DNA of 64,000 nucleotides from Eledone cirrhosa. Its lineage: Eukaryota. The stretch spans positions 365,924,001-365,988,000 of the forward strand of contig OZ024743.1 of NCBI GenBank assembly GCA_964016885.1, read 5' to 3'. This document shows positions 26,889-41,743 of the stretch, one piece after another. Numbering within the stretch: position 1 is the first letter of the stretch; each line of letters begins with the position of its first letter. The notes under the pieces are model-generated. The model searched no databases, was not told where the DNA came from, and saw nothing but the letters and a program-made list of their open reading frames with translations. Both the position numbers and the translations under genes were made by a program.

Positions 26889-29800
26889 GAGCACCAAAAA
26901 CTTGTGGGCACCCTACAAGTGATATGGAACGATATGTTTCAAGAGATACACAGCCTTAATGTGAGTGACAGACCATACAACACTAGAGTCAGTAAAGAAC
27001 CCACTAAATTGGAATTGGAAGCGGTGAACGAAATAGCTGGCAATTATCTGAAGGCCATACGATCTAAAGGTGTAGAAACGATTTTTGAAACGCTTAATGT
27101 TTTGTTATATGCTTCAGCTGTCACATTGCTATCATATAACACACATCTAAAACCACGCAATCAAGATACAAACAGAAAGCCTGAACCAGCGTGGATGCGA
27201 AATTTAAAAACCAAAATTTTGTCCCTGATACGAAGTATCTCACACATCGCAGTCGTTATGAAATGCAACATAGAGAGCAACTTCACACGACACCAGCAAG
27301 ACCTAAAGAAAAAGTTAAAGAGACGATTTGGAGATACAAAATTTAAAACTTTGAACTCCAAATTACACCAGTTGAAACAACAACTCACAGCTACAACAGA
27401 AAGACTAAAATATAAGTCAACAGCACATAAACGACAAGTGCTAAATAGATTGTTTGCCAGAGATCCTAAATCAGTTTATCGCAGCTTCGGTGGCAAAAGC
27501 TCAATCCCTGTAAACGACACCCCTTCAAAAGAACAGGTTGAGAGCTACTGGAGATCTGTATGGGAAACGGATGACGGATTCAACAGACAAGCTAATTGGC
27601 TAAAAGAACTAGAACAGGACTACTGCCAACATGTCCAGACAAAACAATATGACATAGATGGGTCAATACTGGAAACAGCTCTACAGAAAATGTCGAATAG
27701 AAAATCACCAGGCCCAGACCTCATTACAGGATACTGGTTGAAGAATTTCACTTTCTATCGGCAAGATCTCATACGGCTGTTTACAGAAACCATTAAGGGC
27801 ACACAAGAGCTGCCCAGATGGTTATCAACTGCCACTACTCTCCTCATTCCCCAAAATAGCCAAACCACCCTTGCTAAAAATTACCGCCCAATTGCCTGCC
27901 AAAACATCATGTATAAATTATATACTGGGTGCTTTAACCTGTTCTTACAGGATCACTGCGCTACCAACAACATCATAACACCTGAGCAAGCTGGTGGAAA
28001 GAGGGAGGTGTGGGGTTGCATAGATCACCTACTAACTAACAAAATGATTCAGGAAAAAACAACAAAGAATCGCAGAAACATGACTGTCGTGTGGCTGGAC
28101 TATCAAAAAGCATTTGATAGTGTACCTCATGGGTGGATTATTAAGGCTTTACAGTTAGCTAAAGTCCCACAACCATTGGTAGCTGCTGTTGAACGCCTGA
28201 CCAAGAACTGGTACACCAATTTCATCCTTAGAGGTGAGAAGGAGCAGGTTAAGACTGATAAGATACATTACCAGAAGGGCATTTTTCAGGGTGATAGCTT
28301 GTCAGTGCTACTCTTCGTTCTCTCACTGAATCCACTATCTTACCTACTCAGGAAACAAGGTGGACAAAGAAGTGGGCCCAGAAGTATCTCCCATCTTTTC
28401 TTTGTTGATGACCTGAAGTTGTATGGGCCAAATATCAATGACATCAAGAAACAATTGGACCTCATTACACAATTTTCAACCGACATCAAAATGAAATTTG
28501 GTGAGTCCAAGTGTGCATATTTGGCAGTAAAACGTGGAAGAGCTATGCCCTCCTCTAGAAATCTAGAGATGAACGGCCTGACAATACAACCTCTGCAGTC
28601 AGGTGACAACTACAGATATCTTGGACAGGATGAGAATGTCAGATATGATGGACCCATACATAAATAAGGAGAGAACCAGAACTGAATACCTCAGAAGAGT
28701 AAAGAAAATATGGTCATCAGAACTGTCAGCATACAACAAATACATTGCCCACAATACTTATGCTGTGCCAATTCTAACGCCAACATTTGGCCTACTGAAC
28801 TGGTCATTGCAAGAACTAAGTGAGCTGGATGTTAGAACTCGAAAACTTCTCAGTGTTACTAGCAACTTTAACATCAATGGTGATGTGGATAGGCTATACT
28901 TCTCACGCAAGGAAGGTGGCCGGGGTCTAAAATCAATATTAACAACATATGAGACCCGGATAGTAACACTGAAGCAACACCTTCAACAGAGGAAAAAGGT
29001 TGGCAACCATCTTGCCCAGGCTTATGAGCATGAAAAAAGAAATATCATTAGAATAGTGACTGATCTGGAGGAGAGATATGGAATAAAGCCTGATATAAAT
29101 CTCTCACCCAGAGAAATCGGAAGATCCTATTCAATGTTCAAACAAGATAAGAAAATTGACCAATTTACAGAAAAAGTTGTGCATGGATACTTGAGGCGTA
29201 AAACACAGACCATAGAGGGGATAAACCACTCAAAAAGCCTGGCATGGAGTTCCGACAAGTTTATGACATCACACCTTGAGGGATATCTCTATGCAATACA
29301 GGAACAAGAACTCCCTACCAAATATCTGCTGCACAAAAGAGGAGGGCCAGCAGCTGACAATAAATGTAGGCTATGTAAAACAAAGATCGAGGATGTAAGC
29401 CACATTGTTGCCAGCTGCGAAAGAATGTCATCTCGCTACTACCTCCCCATGAGACACGATGGGATAGCTAGAACCATCTGGAACGCACTTCGGACAACAA
29501 AATTAACAACAAACGAGAAAGAATATATTGAGACAGATGGCACTAAGGAATACTGGTGGAACCTGAAAATAAAAACTGCCACCAAATTAAAGCACAACCG
29601 GCCTGATATTGTAGTTTGGGACCACACATTGAAAACGTGTTCTGTTGTGGAGATCAGCTGCCCACTTGATGTAAACGTTGTCAGAAAAATACAGGAGAAG
29701 GAGGACATCTACGGACCATTGATGAGGAGTTTACAAATCCAGTATCCAAGATACACCTTTAGCTTCATACCCATCATTATTGGTGCTACGGGTTATATAC

Positions 29801-30014
29801 CAACCCGCTTTGACCAAAGTATGACTGAACTTGGATTTGCGGACAAAAAGCGCAGCTCCCTAATTCATAGTCTACAAATGGCTGCGATAGCTGGCACCTT
29901 CAACATTTGCAAGACATTCTTGCGATTCAAGGGATGACAATTTCTTTTCTTTTACAACCTTGCCACCAGGAAGGTGGCCGGTCAAAAAAATATACTCGAA
30001 ATTAAGAGAAAGAG
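26889..30014 (+). mobile_element. R4/Dong-like family A LINE (RT + CCHC + RLE), 5'-truncated, one frameshift
   Basis: KSPGPD, YRPIAC, GIFQGDSLS, FFVDDL; frameshift near 28656; CRLC..H..C; RPDIVVWD; (TACA)n on both sides. Confidence 0.93.
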
Positions 30015-30109
30015 ACATACATACATACATACATACATACATACATACATACATACACACATACATAAATACATACATACATAGATATACTTATGAATGT
30101 AAGGATATT

Positions 30110-30191
<82 letters not shown>

Positions 30192-31277
30192 CAAAGATTT
30201 GGTTTGAAGAAAGAGGCGGTACGCTGAGCCTTTGCAGGCCTTCTAAGACATGTGATATCGGCGTTATTACATTCGTGAACCGCTACAAATTGATGTCTGT
30301 CGGAAAAAATATGGGCAGGGGCTTCCAGATGGTTAACGTTATAGGAAGGACGGACTGAATAAAGGGATTAGCGATAAGGCTGGGTTGATTGCTTTATTGG
30401 TCACGAGAGGAAGAAAGATGAGGGAGTCGAGAGTGAGTAGGGACGGAACGGAACCAGCCTGCTCCGTGAATCAGAGGTTACACTAACAGCATAAAGTAGA
30501 TTTACTACTGTGAAGAATACAACTCGTTGATGGGTCTTATACTATGGTACTTGATTACAAGATCTCGAAATATAAAAGAAACACTTCAGATTTAGAATGT
30601 CAAATAACGTTTCTTTCTTTATAAAATCCTAATGAAAAAATCATTAGTTTCTTCTTTTCAAACATTGACAGGGTTGAGAAAACTTCGAGTGGAATAGCTT
30701 AACTAACAATATAGATACATTCTTATTCAAATCTCATGAGAAGAATAAATAGTCATGTCATTCCTTATTTATTCTTAACCATCTTTCTTTGTCCCAAACA
30801 ATGTCACATGAACAGAATTAAAACCTCATCCCATCTAAACCTGGCAGTAACCCAATCCATTCACAGTCAATTTCGTCAATTCAGAAAAGAATTCGAGACC
30901 GAAAATAACATGCCTTGACATTTTCATTTGATGTAGTATGTGTCTAGCTGTCTGTTCAGGTGACCGAATGGGATGTAATCGGAATATTAATATTTCGTAT
31001 GCTGTTAGCATCCTTATATATGGAGTCGATTATTGAGTGAAATATATGAAGTGAGGGTTGAGTAGGGGCAGTCAATGATAATTCTCATGGCAATCAGAAA
31101 TATGTCGTCTTATCGTTTTTTTTAATTTCCTCCCGTCTTCAGTATTAAAATAAATCCGTTTACATTCTAGACACGGCCAAACTAAGACTAATAATACGCG
31201 CGTTGACTACAACAGAGTAACTATGTAAGATTGGTGTGTAGAAATTTATTAAAATACACCTGAGAGACTCCCTCCCT

Positions 31278-31370
<93 letters not shown>

Positions 31371-31610
31371 TATGCACACATTGACATAGAATGACATGTT
31401 GATATAATGCAGAAAAGCTATTTACAGCTTGCTGTCTAATCATGTAATTTTCTTCCAAGATATACAACACAACGATTTGAAGCTGTGCCGTGTCGGTGAC
31501 CGATCGTCACCTGTTTGTTCAACATAAGCTTTGAGGAACAATCAACATGTTTCTGAGCACAGCTTCAAATCGAGCCGTTTGTTTACAAACGAATTGAACA
31601 TTATTATTCA

Positions 31611-32360
31611 TCTATATATATAAAACTGAGGATGTCTGTGTGTGTAAGTTTGAATCCCTACAGCTCGAGAATCACCCAACCGACAGTTTTCAAACTTTAC
31701 ACATGTAATACTTATGTTTCAGGGAGTGTTCTGAGCAAAAGAAATTAGATAGATATATGACGTCGCGCCCTTATAATATCTGTCTGAGGATGTCTGTCTG
31801 TGTGTGTGTGTGTCTGTGAGTTTGAATCCCTAAAACTCGAGAAGTACCCAACTGATTTTTTTCAAACTTTACATGTGTATTACTTATGTTTCAGGGAGAG
31901 TTATACACAGAAAGAAATTCAACTTTTTGATCTCCTAGGGCCCGCATTAGGTGAAAAACTGCGTTTCTAAAGCCTTTTAGGGGTGTTTTGAGGCGTTACG
32001 TCAGACCGATTTCCTTGAAATTGTAACTATGTATTAGTCAGTCTCTTCTTCATTTCGTGAGCAAAGAAAATCCAACTTTTTTATGGCCTAGGGCCCGCAT
32101 TAGGTGAAATACTTGATTTTTTCAGCTTTTTAGGGCTTTTTGGAAAATTCATTTTCTTGATCCCCTAGAGCCCGCATTAGGTGAAAACCTGCATTTTTCC
32201 TGCTTCAACGAGGAAAATCATAAAGATTATCCAGCCATCAGAGTATTCGGTTTATTTTCTTTACATATTGTCTAGGCATGCAGTTTTTCTACGATTAGGT
32301 CTGATGGCGGCCCGCGTTCCAAAATACCTTATCCCGTGCAACGCCGGGTACCACTGCTAG
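31611..32360 (+). mobile_element. Non-autonomous Helitron with internal repeats
   Basis: A|TCTATATATATAAAA 5' end; cccg-tgcaacgc-cggg hairpin then CTAG|T; homologous to 62960-63565. Confidence 0.85.
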
Positions 32361-33132
32361 TGTTCGATATAACTCATACGTACATATGTGTGTGTATGTA
32401 TATATATATGTGTGTGTGTGTGTGTACGTGTGCATACTTACATCAATATAATATTCTATTTTAAGAAAGGGATAAATGGAAGACTCAAATCTTCTTGTTA
32501 ATGGCAGGAAAATCAAAAGGTTGAGGCCGAGAGAACCTGCAATAAATGAGTGCTTACAACTATGTGTATATATATATATTATATATATATATATGTGTGT
32601 GTGTGCGTGTGTGTGTGTGTGTGCATATTTACATTTTTATATATTTATAAATATGCATACATGTATATATGTGTATGTGGGTGGTGATTGAAGAATACAA
32701 ACCAGATCTTGTATGCCATTATACACTGCACGTCACTTTCCAATTAGGCAAGTGCAGCAGTACTTAAACGTTTCCACTTCCTTTCTTACAAAAAAACCCT
32801 TTATTTTTTTAGTTGATCGAGGAAGCTGCACATGTTGAATTGCCTACACAAAGCACAGTACATCACGCCATTGCGGGCCTAAGGCTCCTCAGACGAAGGC
32901 CAACTTTTTCACCACTCAATCACAACAGCAATTAAAGCTTTCGCGGGCGAGTATGAGTGTTTGGGGCTGTGTGTATGTGTGTGAGTGTGTGTGCGTGTGT
33001 GTGTGTGTGTATGAGTGTGTGTGTGTATGTGTATGAGAATGTATGTGTATATATCTGTCTGTGCATAAGTATGAAAGTCCATATATATATATATACACAC
33101 ACACACACATATATATACATATATATATATAT

Positions 33133-33256
<124 letters not shown>

Positions 33257-33635
33257 GTATGTATAAGCATGTATGTCTATTCATATAGTCATTTATTTTA
33301 AACTTCGTTAGGAAGTATATTTTTGCTAGTTGCAATTCTATAATATAGTTAATGTAACTATTTATGCACTTTGATGACCTGATAAATAAATTTAGAGCAT
33401 TTAGATATCTATCCTGTCAGATCATTAACTGTAATGGAGAAAAATGATTAGAGTAGACTACCATTATCTCATGGGAAATTCTTAAACATGGACCTTACAT
33501 GGCTTTAGCTTGATTAAGGAAACTTTGAAAAATGAGAATATACGGTATGTGCGGTTAAATCCTCGTAAATATTTGCCTGTGTGTGAGAGAGAGAAATAGA
33601 GAAAGTTTCGTATGTGTGTGTGTACGTGTGTGTCT

Positions 33636-33694
<59 letters not shown>

Positions 33695-34116
33695 TGTGTC
33701 TGTGAGTGGGTGTACGTGTGAGTGTATGTGTGTATGTATGTATGTGTGTGAGTGTGAGTGTGTGTGTGAGTGTGTGTGTGTACGTGTGTGTGTGTGTATG
33801 TGTGTGTGTGTGTCTGTGAGTGGGTGTACGTGTGAGTGTATGTGTGTGTGTATGTATGTGTGTGAGTGTGAGTGTGTGTGTGGTTTTATAAATGAAACTA
33901 TGTTGTGTACATTATAACAAATTCCTTATGGATCATAGTGGAAAACATACATTCTGATGTGATGGCTTTTGATGAGTATGTGTTAGTGGTTGTGTATGTG
34001 ATGTTTCTATTGTTTTTATGTATATGAATTTGTAATTTATCATGTGTGTGTGTGCATTGGAGTGTCCTCGTAAATCCGGGAAGAGCAGTGGTCAAGTGTG
34101 TTTCTATATATATATA

Positions 34117-37100
34117 CTAGCAGTTTAGCCCGACGTTGCTCGGGTTTGTTCATTTGCTATGAAAAGTTACAAACAGGTAAACGTAGCTTGAAAGCTCATA
34201 AGCTTATCAATTATGTGCATAAAGCAGTTGAACCGGTTATTAGAAGTTACGAACCAATTAGCATTTTGGACAATCAATGATGATTGGCTGTCCCATTATG
34301 ATTCCAATAGCGAATTTAGCAGACCAAAGTTGCAAGATGGTGGCCCTGATGCCGCTGAGTGTCAGATCTGTCCGCCATGGGTAACCCTACCAGGAAATAG
34401 TTTTCCAGACGGCATAGCTCCAACACCTCCAACACCTGCACCAACATCTATAGCACCTCTTTGTAGACGATATTGCGTGTCATCCCTTGAGGAGTGTAAG
34501 TAAAAAGTCCATTCCTTCTCCCTACGCGGGAACAGGCAACATAAAGTTGGCCATGGGAGAAGCATGGCTCCCCCAAATGGATGCCCGCCACCGACAAACA
34601 TGGTCTCACCGGGAATTGGGATCGCCGGAAATCAAGCGGGATATCTGACGCCGAGAGGAAAAGGTTCATCCTTGGAATGAAAACATTCTCCCCTCTCCCG
34701 CACCCCGTTACAATGGTGGCCTCAATCAAGTGGGGCGTCAGTGACTTGACGACCATGCGAGAACCGTTGCACTGCTTTGGTGGAAGCAAGTTCCTTATTA
34801 GCATAATGGGACAGCCAACCCTAAGCTTAAGAATGTGAGGTGGGTGCCCTGGAGGCTCAGGGGAATTTAATAACTCAACCGGATAATTAACTATATCGTC
34901 GGGGTCTGACGTCCTGTCGATAGGTTTGAAGATGTGCTCTTTACCGAGAATCTTCTCAATCAGCTGCTCGTTAATAAAATTAGCCATGTCATTTTTCGGA
35001 GCAAGGATGGCTCTTTCGCTGAACCAATTGAGGTTTTTAAAGTTTGATGAGACATTAGGAAAAACTGCTTCCCAAAGGTCTGAAGGGCTGCTCACAATGT
35101 TGTACAGGGAGTCGATTGCTATGCCGTCCTTGTCATCCGCAGGGACCTTGCCCTCACCAAGTGATAAAATGTTCTGAGCAAATGCTGCAGACATGTCACC
35201 ATGCAAATGAGCACGCCTATTTGTGCTCAGGTATAAACTCTTCACCTGGGGCCACAACATGGACGACTTAAGGCAGGCACGCACTTCATCAGCTCTTGTC
35301 CCTTTGGGGATGATAGGCAGCGTTTGCCGAAAATCCCCTGATAGCAGAAGGGTTACGCCACCCACAGGAGCCGTAGAATCCCTAATGTCTTTCAGGGTCC
35401 AGTCCAATGTCTCAAGGGCACCCTTGTGTGCCATTGTGCACTCATCCCAAACAATGAGGCAACATTTTTTGAGAACCAGAGCTTCGTGTGAGCTCTTGCT
35501 GATATTGCATGTTGGCGTCTCAGTTTTTACTAAATCCAAGGGGTGTTTAAAGGTTGAATGTGCTTACCCACCTCCCGGCAGCAAAGTAGCAGCGATCCTG
35601 GACGATGCAACGGCCAACGCAATTTTTTCTCCTGACGAATCTTAACGAGAAGCAATTTCGTTACAAAGGTTTTTCCGGTACCCCCAGGAGCATCGAGAAA
35701 ATCTGATTTTGAACCGCGTCAATGATAGTTAAATAGGCCAACTTTTGGTCCGACAGAATTTTGGGCTCATTTTCCTCTAAGTATTGGGAAAGAGATTCGA
35801 TGCCATATGCTGTTTCCTGCAACAAATCCGAGGCCAACGTGTTAGCTTCCTCTCTGACGGTTGATGGCAAGCCATACGTCGCCAACTCACTCCCACCCAT
35901 GTCGAGGAGGGCGTCCTCGATATTAATGAGTGCCCTCTTGTATATAATGTCGCTGTAACCAACTTCCACTGAAGGATACTGCAGATGAGCCAGGCGCAGG
36001 AAGTCCTCAGACATGAAGTCTCTGTACTTGACCCATAAAGATTTGGGATCACCCAATTCACACTTTTGAAGCAAAATGGCAAAGAGTTCCCGTAGACTTT
36101 TAGATGATTTCAACAAAGCACCCTCTACTAAAGTGGAATCCCATTGCGAATCATCTTCCAAAAGACCACGCTTAAAGCAGGCTTCCCGGTACGTATCACA
36201 TATTTCTCCATGCACAGTTTTGAGGTCCTGAAAACTTTGTGGGCCTACAACTTCATACAGAAGAAGGCGGAGATGAAAGCACTCATGCTGACTTGGCAAG
36301 ACAGCTGTCAAATTTTACACCAGGATGTCTTTCAACAGCCTGACCTGACTTTCTTCGCACCCAAGTGTTTTTCCACCATATAAAGTAGGATGGAACCTGG
36401 GAGTACACAATTGTTTGCGCAAATGTATCGAACTGGCAAAGTGTGAAGAAACCCGTCAGGGTGGTCTCTTTCGGATCGACGGCCAACTTGGCGGCGGTTT
36501 GGTCCATAAAGTAAACCCTTTGCCCATTTTCCAAATGTACTGCAAGCTGTACGATGGCGGGGTGCCGTTGATGTAGGGGTAAACCAAATAGGCGCCAAAA
36601 AGCTTCATTGCTACTGATGTACCGCCCCGCCAGTTATTCTGTGACTCGTCCCTGCTATTTTCAACTTGAAATGCCAACATTGCGGCATCAGAGCCCTTAT
36701 TTATATATTTGCATATGTATTTTATAGACTTGACGGAGTTGCAAAACTCAACGTTGATGTGGGCGTTGAACATCTTCAAGAGAAGCGGGCAGTAAGGGAC
36801 CACCCATCTATTGTTGACTTAACCTCCCTTTACTGTTGTGGTGAAGCCACCGTTCTCGGGCCGTATCCGCCTGTACAGGGGGTACCCGTCGCCACGAGTC
36901 TGAGTCTCGTCAACAAATTTTTGGGGGTATCCCTTACTGCACGACCCCCTTTTCAAACACGTGTGATGCTCATTAGGACCCGACGCACACGGACCATGAA
37001 CCATGTTAGCTTTGACGATGTCACGTAATTCCTGGTCAGTTGCTGGGTTAGGGATTTCAGCCGAAATGAAGCTGTCTACGGCATTTGAATTGATTTTATC

Positions 37101-37704
37101 AGCTAACTAAATCAAAATGTGAGCATGTGGCAGCCCTCGTTTTTGCCATTCGTCGGTGAACATGTCACATTTTACAGCCCCAAATACCTGACCCTTTTTT
37201 ATTAAAGCCATGAGTTTAGCCAGTTTCAGTCTGAACACTCTGGCAATGAGGTCATGTCTGTTCGAATAATTTTGCCCAGGAAAAAGTTCACGAGTTACAT
37301 TCCGATTCATATGTCTATAGCATTAATCTGTTATATGAAGTGTTATTTTGCGGGTTGTTATTTGCAATAAGCCAATTTAAAATTCCCCTGAAAAGCCGTA
37401 TGTCAATACGGAACGCCAATGACTCCCGCAGCAGAAAATTATAGAGAGGGGGAATAATCTATTATAGAGAGGGGGAAGAGCCACGGAGAGAGTAAAACTA
37501 AGAAACTATAGGGAGGTGTGTTAAACCTCAAAGCATGATCGATTTTTGCCCTTATTGTTGATTGATTTAAAATTTCTTTGCTTCATGACCATCTCCTAAC
37601 CAAAAGCAATAACTGTCCCGACTTTGAACAGAATCCATTGGAAATTGTGGACGTGCATACGTTACAAACCTTAACACACACATCTTCAGCTTTATATATA
37701 TAGA
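34117..37704 (-). mobile_element. Helitron, internally deleted, with frameshifted Rep/Pif1 helicase
   Basis: HUH motif EWQKRGLPHAHILI, YICKYINKG, helicase IVWDECTM, GDFRQTLP, HGQLYVACSRV; termini A|TC and cccgagcaacgtcggg..CTAG|T. Confidence 0.95.
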
Positions 37705-38129
37705 TACATACGTACATATATATATATACATTCGCAAAATTAGAGTATTCTCAGCGCGAGCGGTAGCAGTAAACAGCTGGATACTATTTGCATAGTAAAC
37801 ATTTTTTTGGGGGGGTGGGGGGGGTAAGATATAACAACAAATCGAATGGAGAGTGGGAGAGAGAGAGGGAGAAAGTGGGTCTAAAGAATGTGATGAGAAA
37901 TGAGAGGGTTGTAGAGAGAGAGAAGGAAAGAGCAGTATAGTAGAAAAATGGGGACGAAAACTATGGAGCAGGCCTTATGGAGAAAAACGAAGAGATGGAG
38001 AGAATAGACTAACAAGAAAAAGGGACTTGGCGTCAGCTTCACACAATATTCTAATACATACTTTCTTCGATAAACATACATATATACATATATAAAGTAG
38101 TTTAGATTTTAAAGTCCTTTATTGATAAG

Positions 38130-38207
38130 GCTGTGATATATATTTCGATGATGACAGTGACCACGCGATTCCCCGTAGTACCCAGTGCCATGATCTCATC
38201 AGACAGC
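38130..38207 (-). ncRNA. Type I hammerhead ribozyme, intact core
   Basis: gctgt-CTGATGA-gatcatggca..tgtcatcatc-GAAA tatata TC-acagc; palindromic stem III ATATATAT. Confidence 0.85.
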
Positions 38208-38374
38208 TTCTTACATAATAAGGTTACAAAATTCAAGTGACAAGGGAACGGACAAACGCGCTGTTAATGAAGCGAATGCCCGTTCCTCCGGCATTCTATG
38301 TGGGAAAATGTACGTTGAGTTCTCGAATTGAATTACATCAATATTTACCGTATATACATATATATTAATATATA

Positions 38375-39225
38375 TTTAACGAAGGGTATAAGTAAGAAAT
38401 TGTTAAATGGATTAACAAGATTATTAGATGAGATAACAAGAATAAGTGAATTAGTTTATATATGGTTTACTTCACTTCAATCAAAAAGTACAATAAAACA
38501 GTTACCAAGAGTTGCAAAGGTTGACAATGTTATTTTGTTGTTGATGTGAAAACAGCGAACGAGCAGATAATAATTTGTTGGTGGTTAAAGTTTGTTGCAG
38601 TCGCTCGTAGTAGTTCTCGCCCTGAGTCTATGACCATAGTGAGAGAGAGAGTAATGGTTTGTATACCTCTGAATGGTCTGTAGATGACTGTAGACCAGTG
38701 TGGCCTGTAGATAGCGGTGAATCTTTCACATAGCTTGTTGTAGGCGTAATGCTCCGATCGCTCTGTTTTTCTGTAGACCACTGGGGTCTGAAGGTAGCGG
38801 TGAATCCTTCACATGGCTTGTCTGTATCGTAGTGCTCCGATGTCTCTGTGTTTCTGTAGATCTCAGGGGCCTGAAGGTAGCGGTGAATCTTTACATAGTT
38901 AGTTGCTAGCGTAATACTCCGATCTTTCTGTTTAAACGTGGGATGATACAGGCTTTATATACCTGTCGCTTCCTGTCTCCCACCTTGAGGGGATAGCCCA
39001 CGCATGAACCTGTTCACGCCAAAAGGGTGGTGACCTAGAATTTGACCTTTAGGTGTCACCCAAAGTTCAAGGCGCGGACAGACTTTGCTACATTAGTTCC
39101 CTGCCCAGATCGATACAGGAGCAGCGATCGATTATAAAATCTGATTCCTAGAAGCATGTCCCAAAACACACAAAATGTGGGTACTGCGCCCGCACTTCGA
39201 GTGTAGAGAAACACACTTCGCTACA
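38375..39225 (-). mobile_element. Probable solo LTR containing three ~83-bp tandem repeats
   Basis: Ends tttaacgaag / cttcgctaca are imperfect inverted termini (TG..CA-like); minus-strand TATA-like gtatataaa near 38960; repeats 38700-38935. Confidence 0.5.
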
Positions 39226-39479
39226 TATATATACATATATATACATATATATTAATATATACATACATACATATTAATATATATATATATGTGTGTTTCT
39301 GTGTCAGTGTGTCTGTGTATACAGAGAGAGTGAGAGGGGGTGCGAGAAAGAAATATATCTTTTTGAATTCTAGTATGTATGCGTTCTATTAATCACTTTG
39401 CACAAAATAAATATTTTCGTTATAATTGTGAAGTTTGTATAACTATAATTAAGATAACAGCTCGTGTCTCTAAGATAGA

Positions 39480-40999
<1,520 letters not shown>

Positions 41000-41156
41000 A
41001 TATATACATATATATTAGAATTGGTGCTCTGAAATAGCGATATATATGAATGTATATATAGTATATTTTTAATTAAAAGCATTTTGAATACCTTACGTTA
41101 TTGTTTTAAAGTAGTGACTATGTCACTTACTTCTTTTTTCAACAAACAAAGTGAGA

Positions 41157-41204
41157 TAAGCTGACAGAGCTCTGTTTCATACTGTTGGTATTCTTCAGAG
41201 CTTA
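41157..41204 (-). ncRNA. Type I hammerhead ribozyme, intact GUC site, in a 299-nt unit (41014-41329)
   Basis: taagct-CTGAAGA-atac caaca gtat-GAAAC agagctct GTC-agctta; stem I extends via acaaacaaag/ctttgtttgt. Confidence 0.9.
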
Positions 41205-41348
41205 ACACTCCCTTTGTTTGTCGAAAATTATGAATGTTGGATTCTTATAGAATTCCAGTAATAATCAGGAACTGATTATACAGAGCGGTTGCCGGTTCAG
41301 CAAAAATTGAAAATTAGAATCGGTGCTCTCTCTCTATATATATCTATC

Positions 41349-41399
<51 letters not shown>

Positions 41400-41486
41400 C
41401 TGTGTGTCTACGTGTGTGTGAGAGAGAGGGAGGGAGAGAGAGATACGGAGATAACTTTAGCAAAAACACTGCCATAATACTAACTA

Positions 41487-41546
<60 letters not shown>

Positions 41547-41743
41547 GTGGGAAAGTGAAAAATCGGAGAATAGACCGTTAAAACATGTTTATTTAAAATA
41601 TCACCTACGTACGTTTCGCCCAGTTGGGCTTCTCAAGGGCATAAATAATCACAAGTGTTCCTTATATAGTTCGGAAAGAGTTTTGGGGGTTAAATCCACA
41701 TCAAGATTAATTGCTCGCAAAATTATCTTGTTTTGATTTTGCA

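Noticed and set aside
30290-30400. Minus-strand SVLPITLTIWKPLP, similar to CR1/Jockey C-termini
   Set aside because: Too short and degenerate to call.
31473-31572. 16-bp inverted repeat cgatttgaagctgtgc
   Set aside because: No element boundaries or second copy; probably internal to an old DNA transposon.
34448-35539. Pif1 helicase as a host gene
   Set aside because: Enclosed by Helitron termini, linked to a HUH Rep and frameshifted.
38700-38935. Regular repeats resembling a CRISPR array
   Set aside because: The 'spacers' are homologous to one another, the context is eukaryotic and there are no cas genes.
41711-41743. Apparent start MLAKLSCFDFA of the 713-aa ORF
   Set aside because: Lies within the inverted pseudo-LTR; not the real N-terminus.
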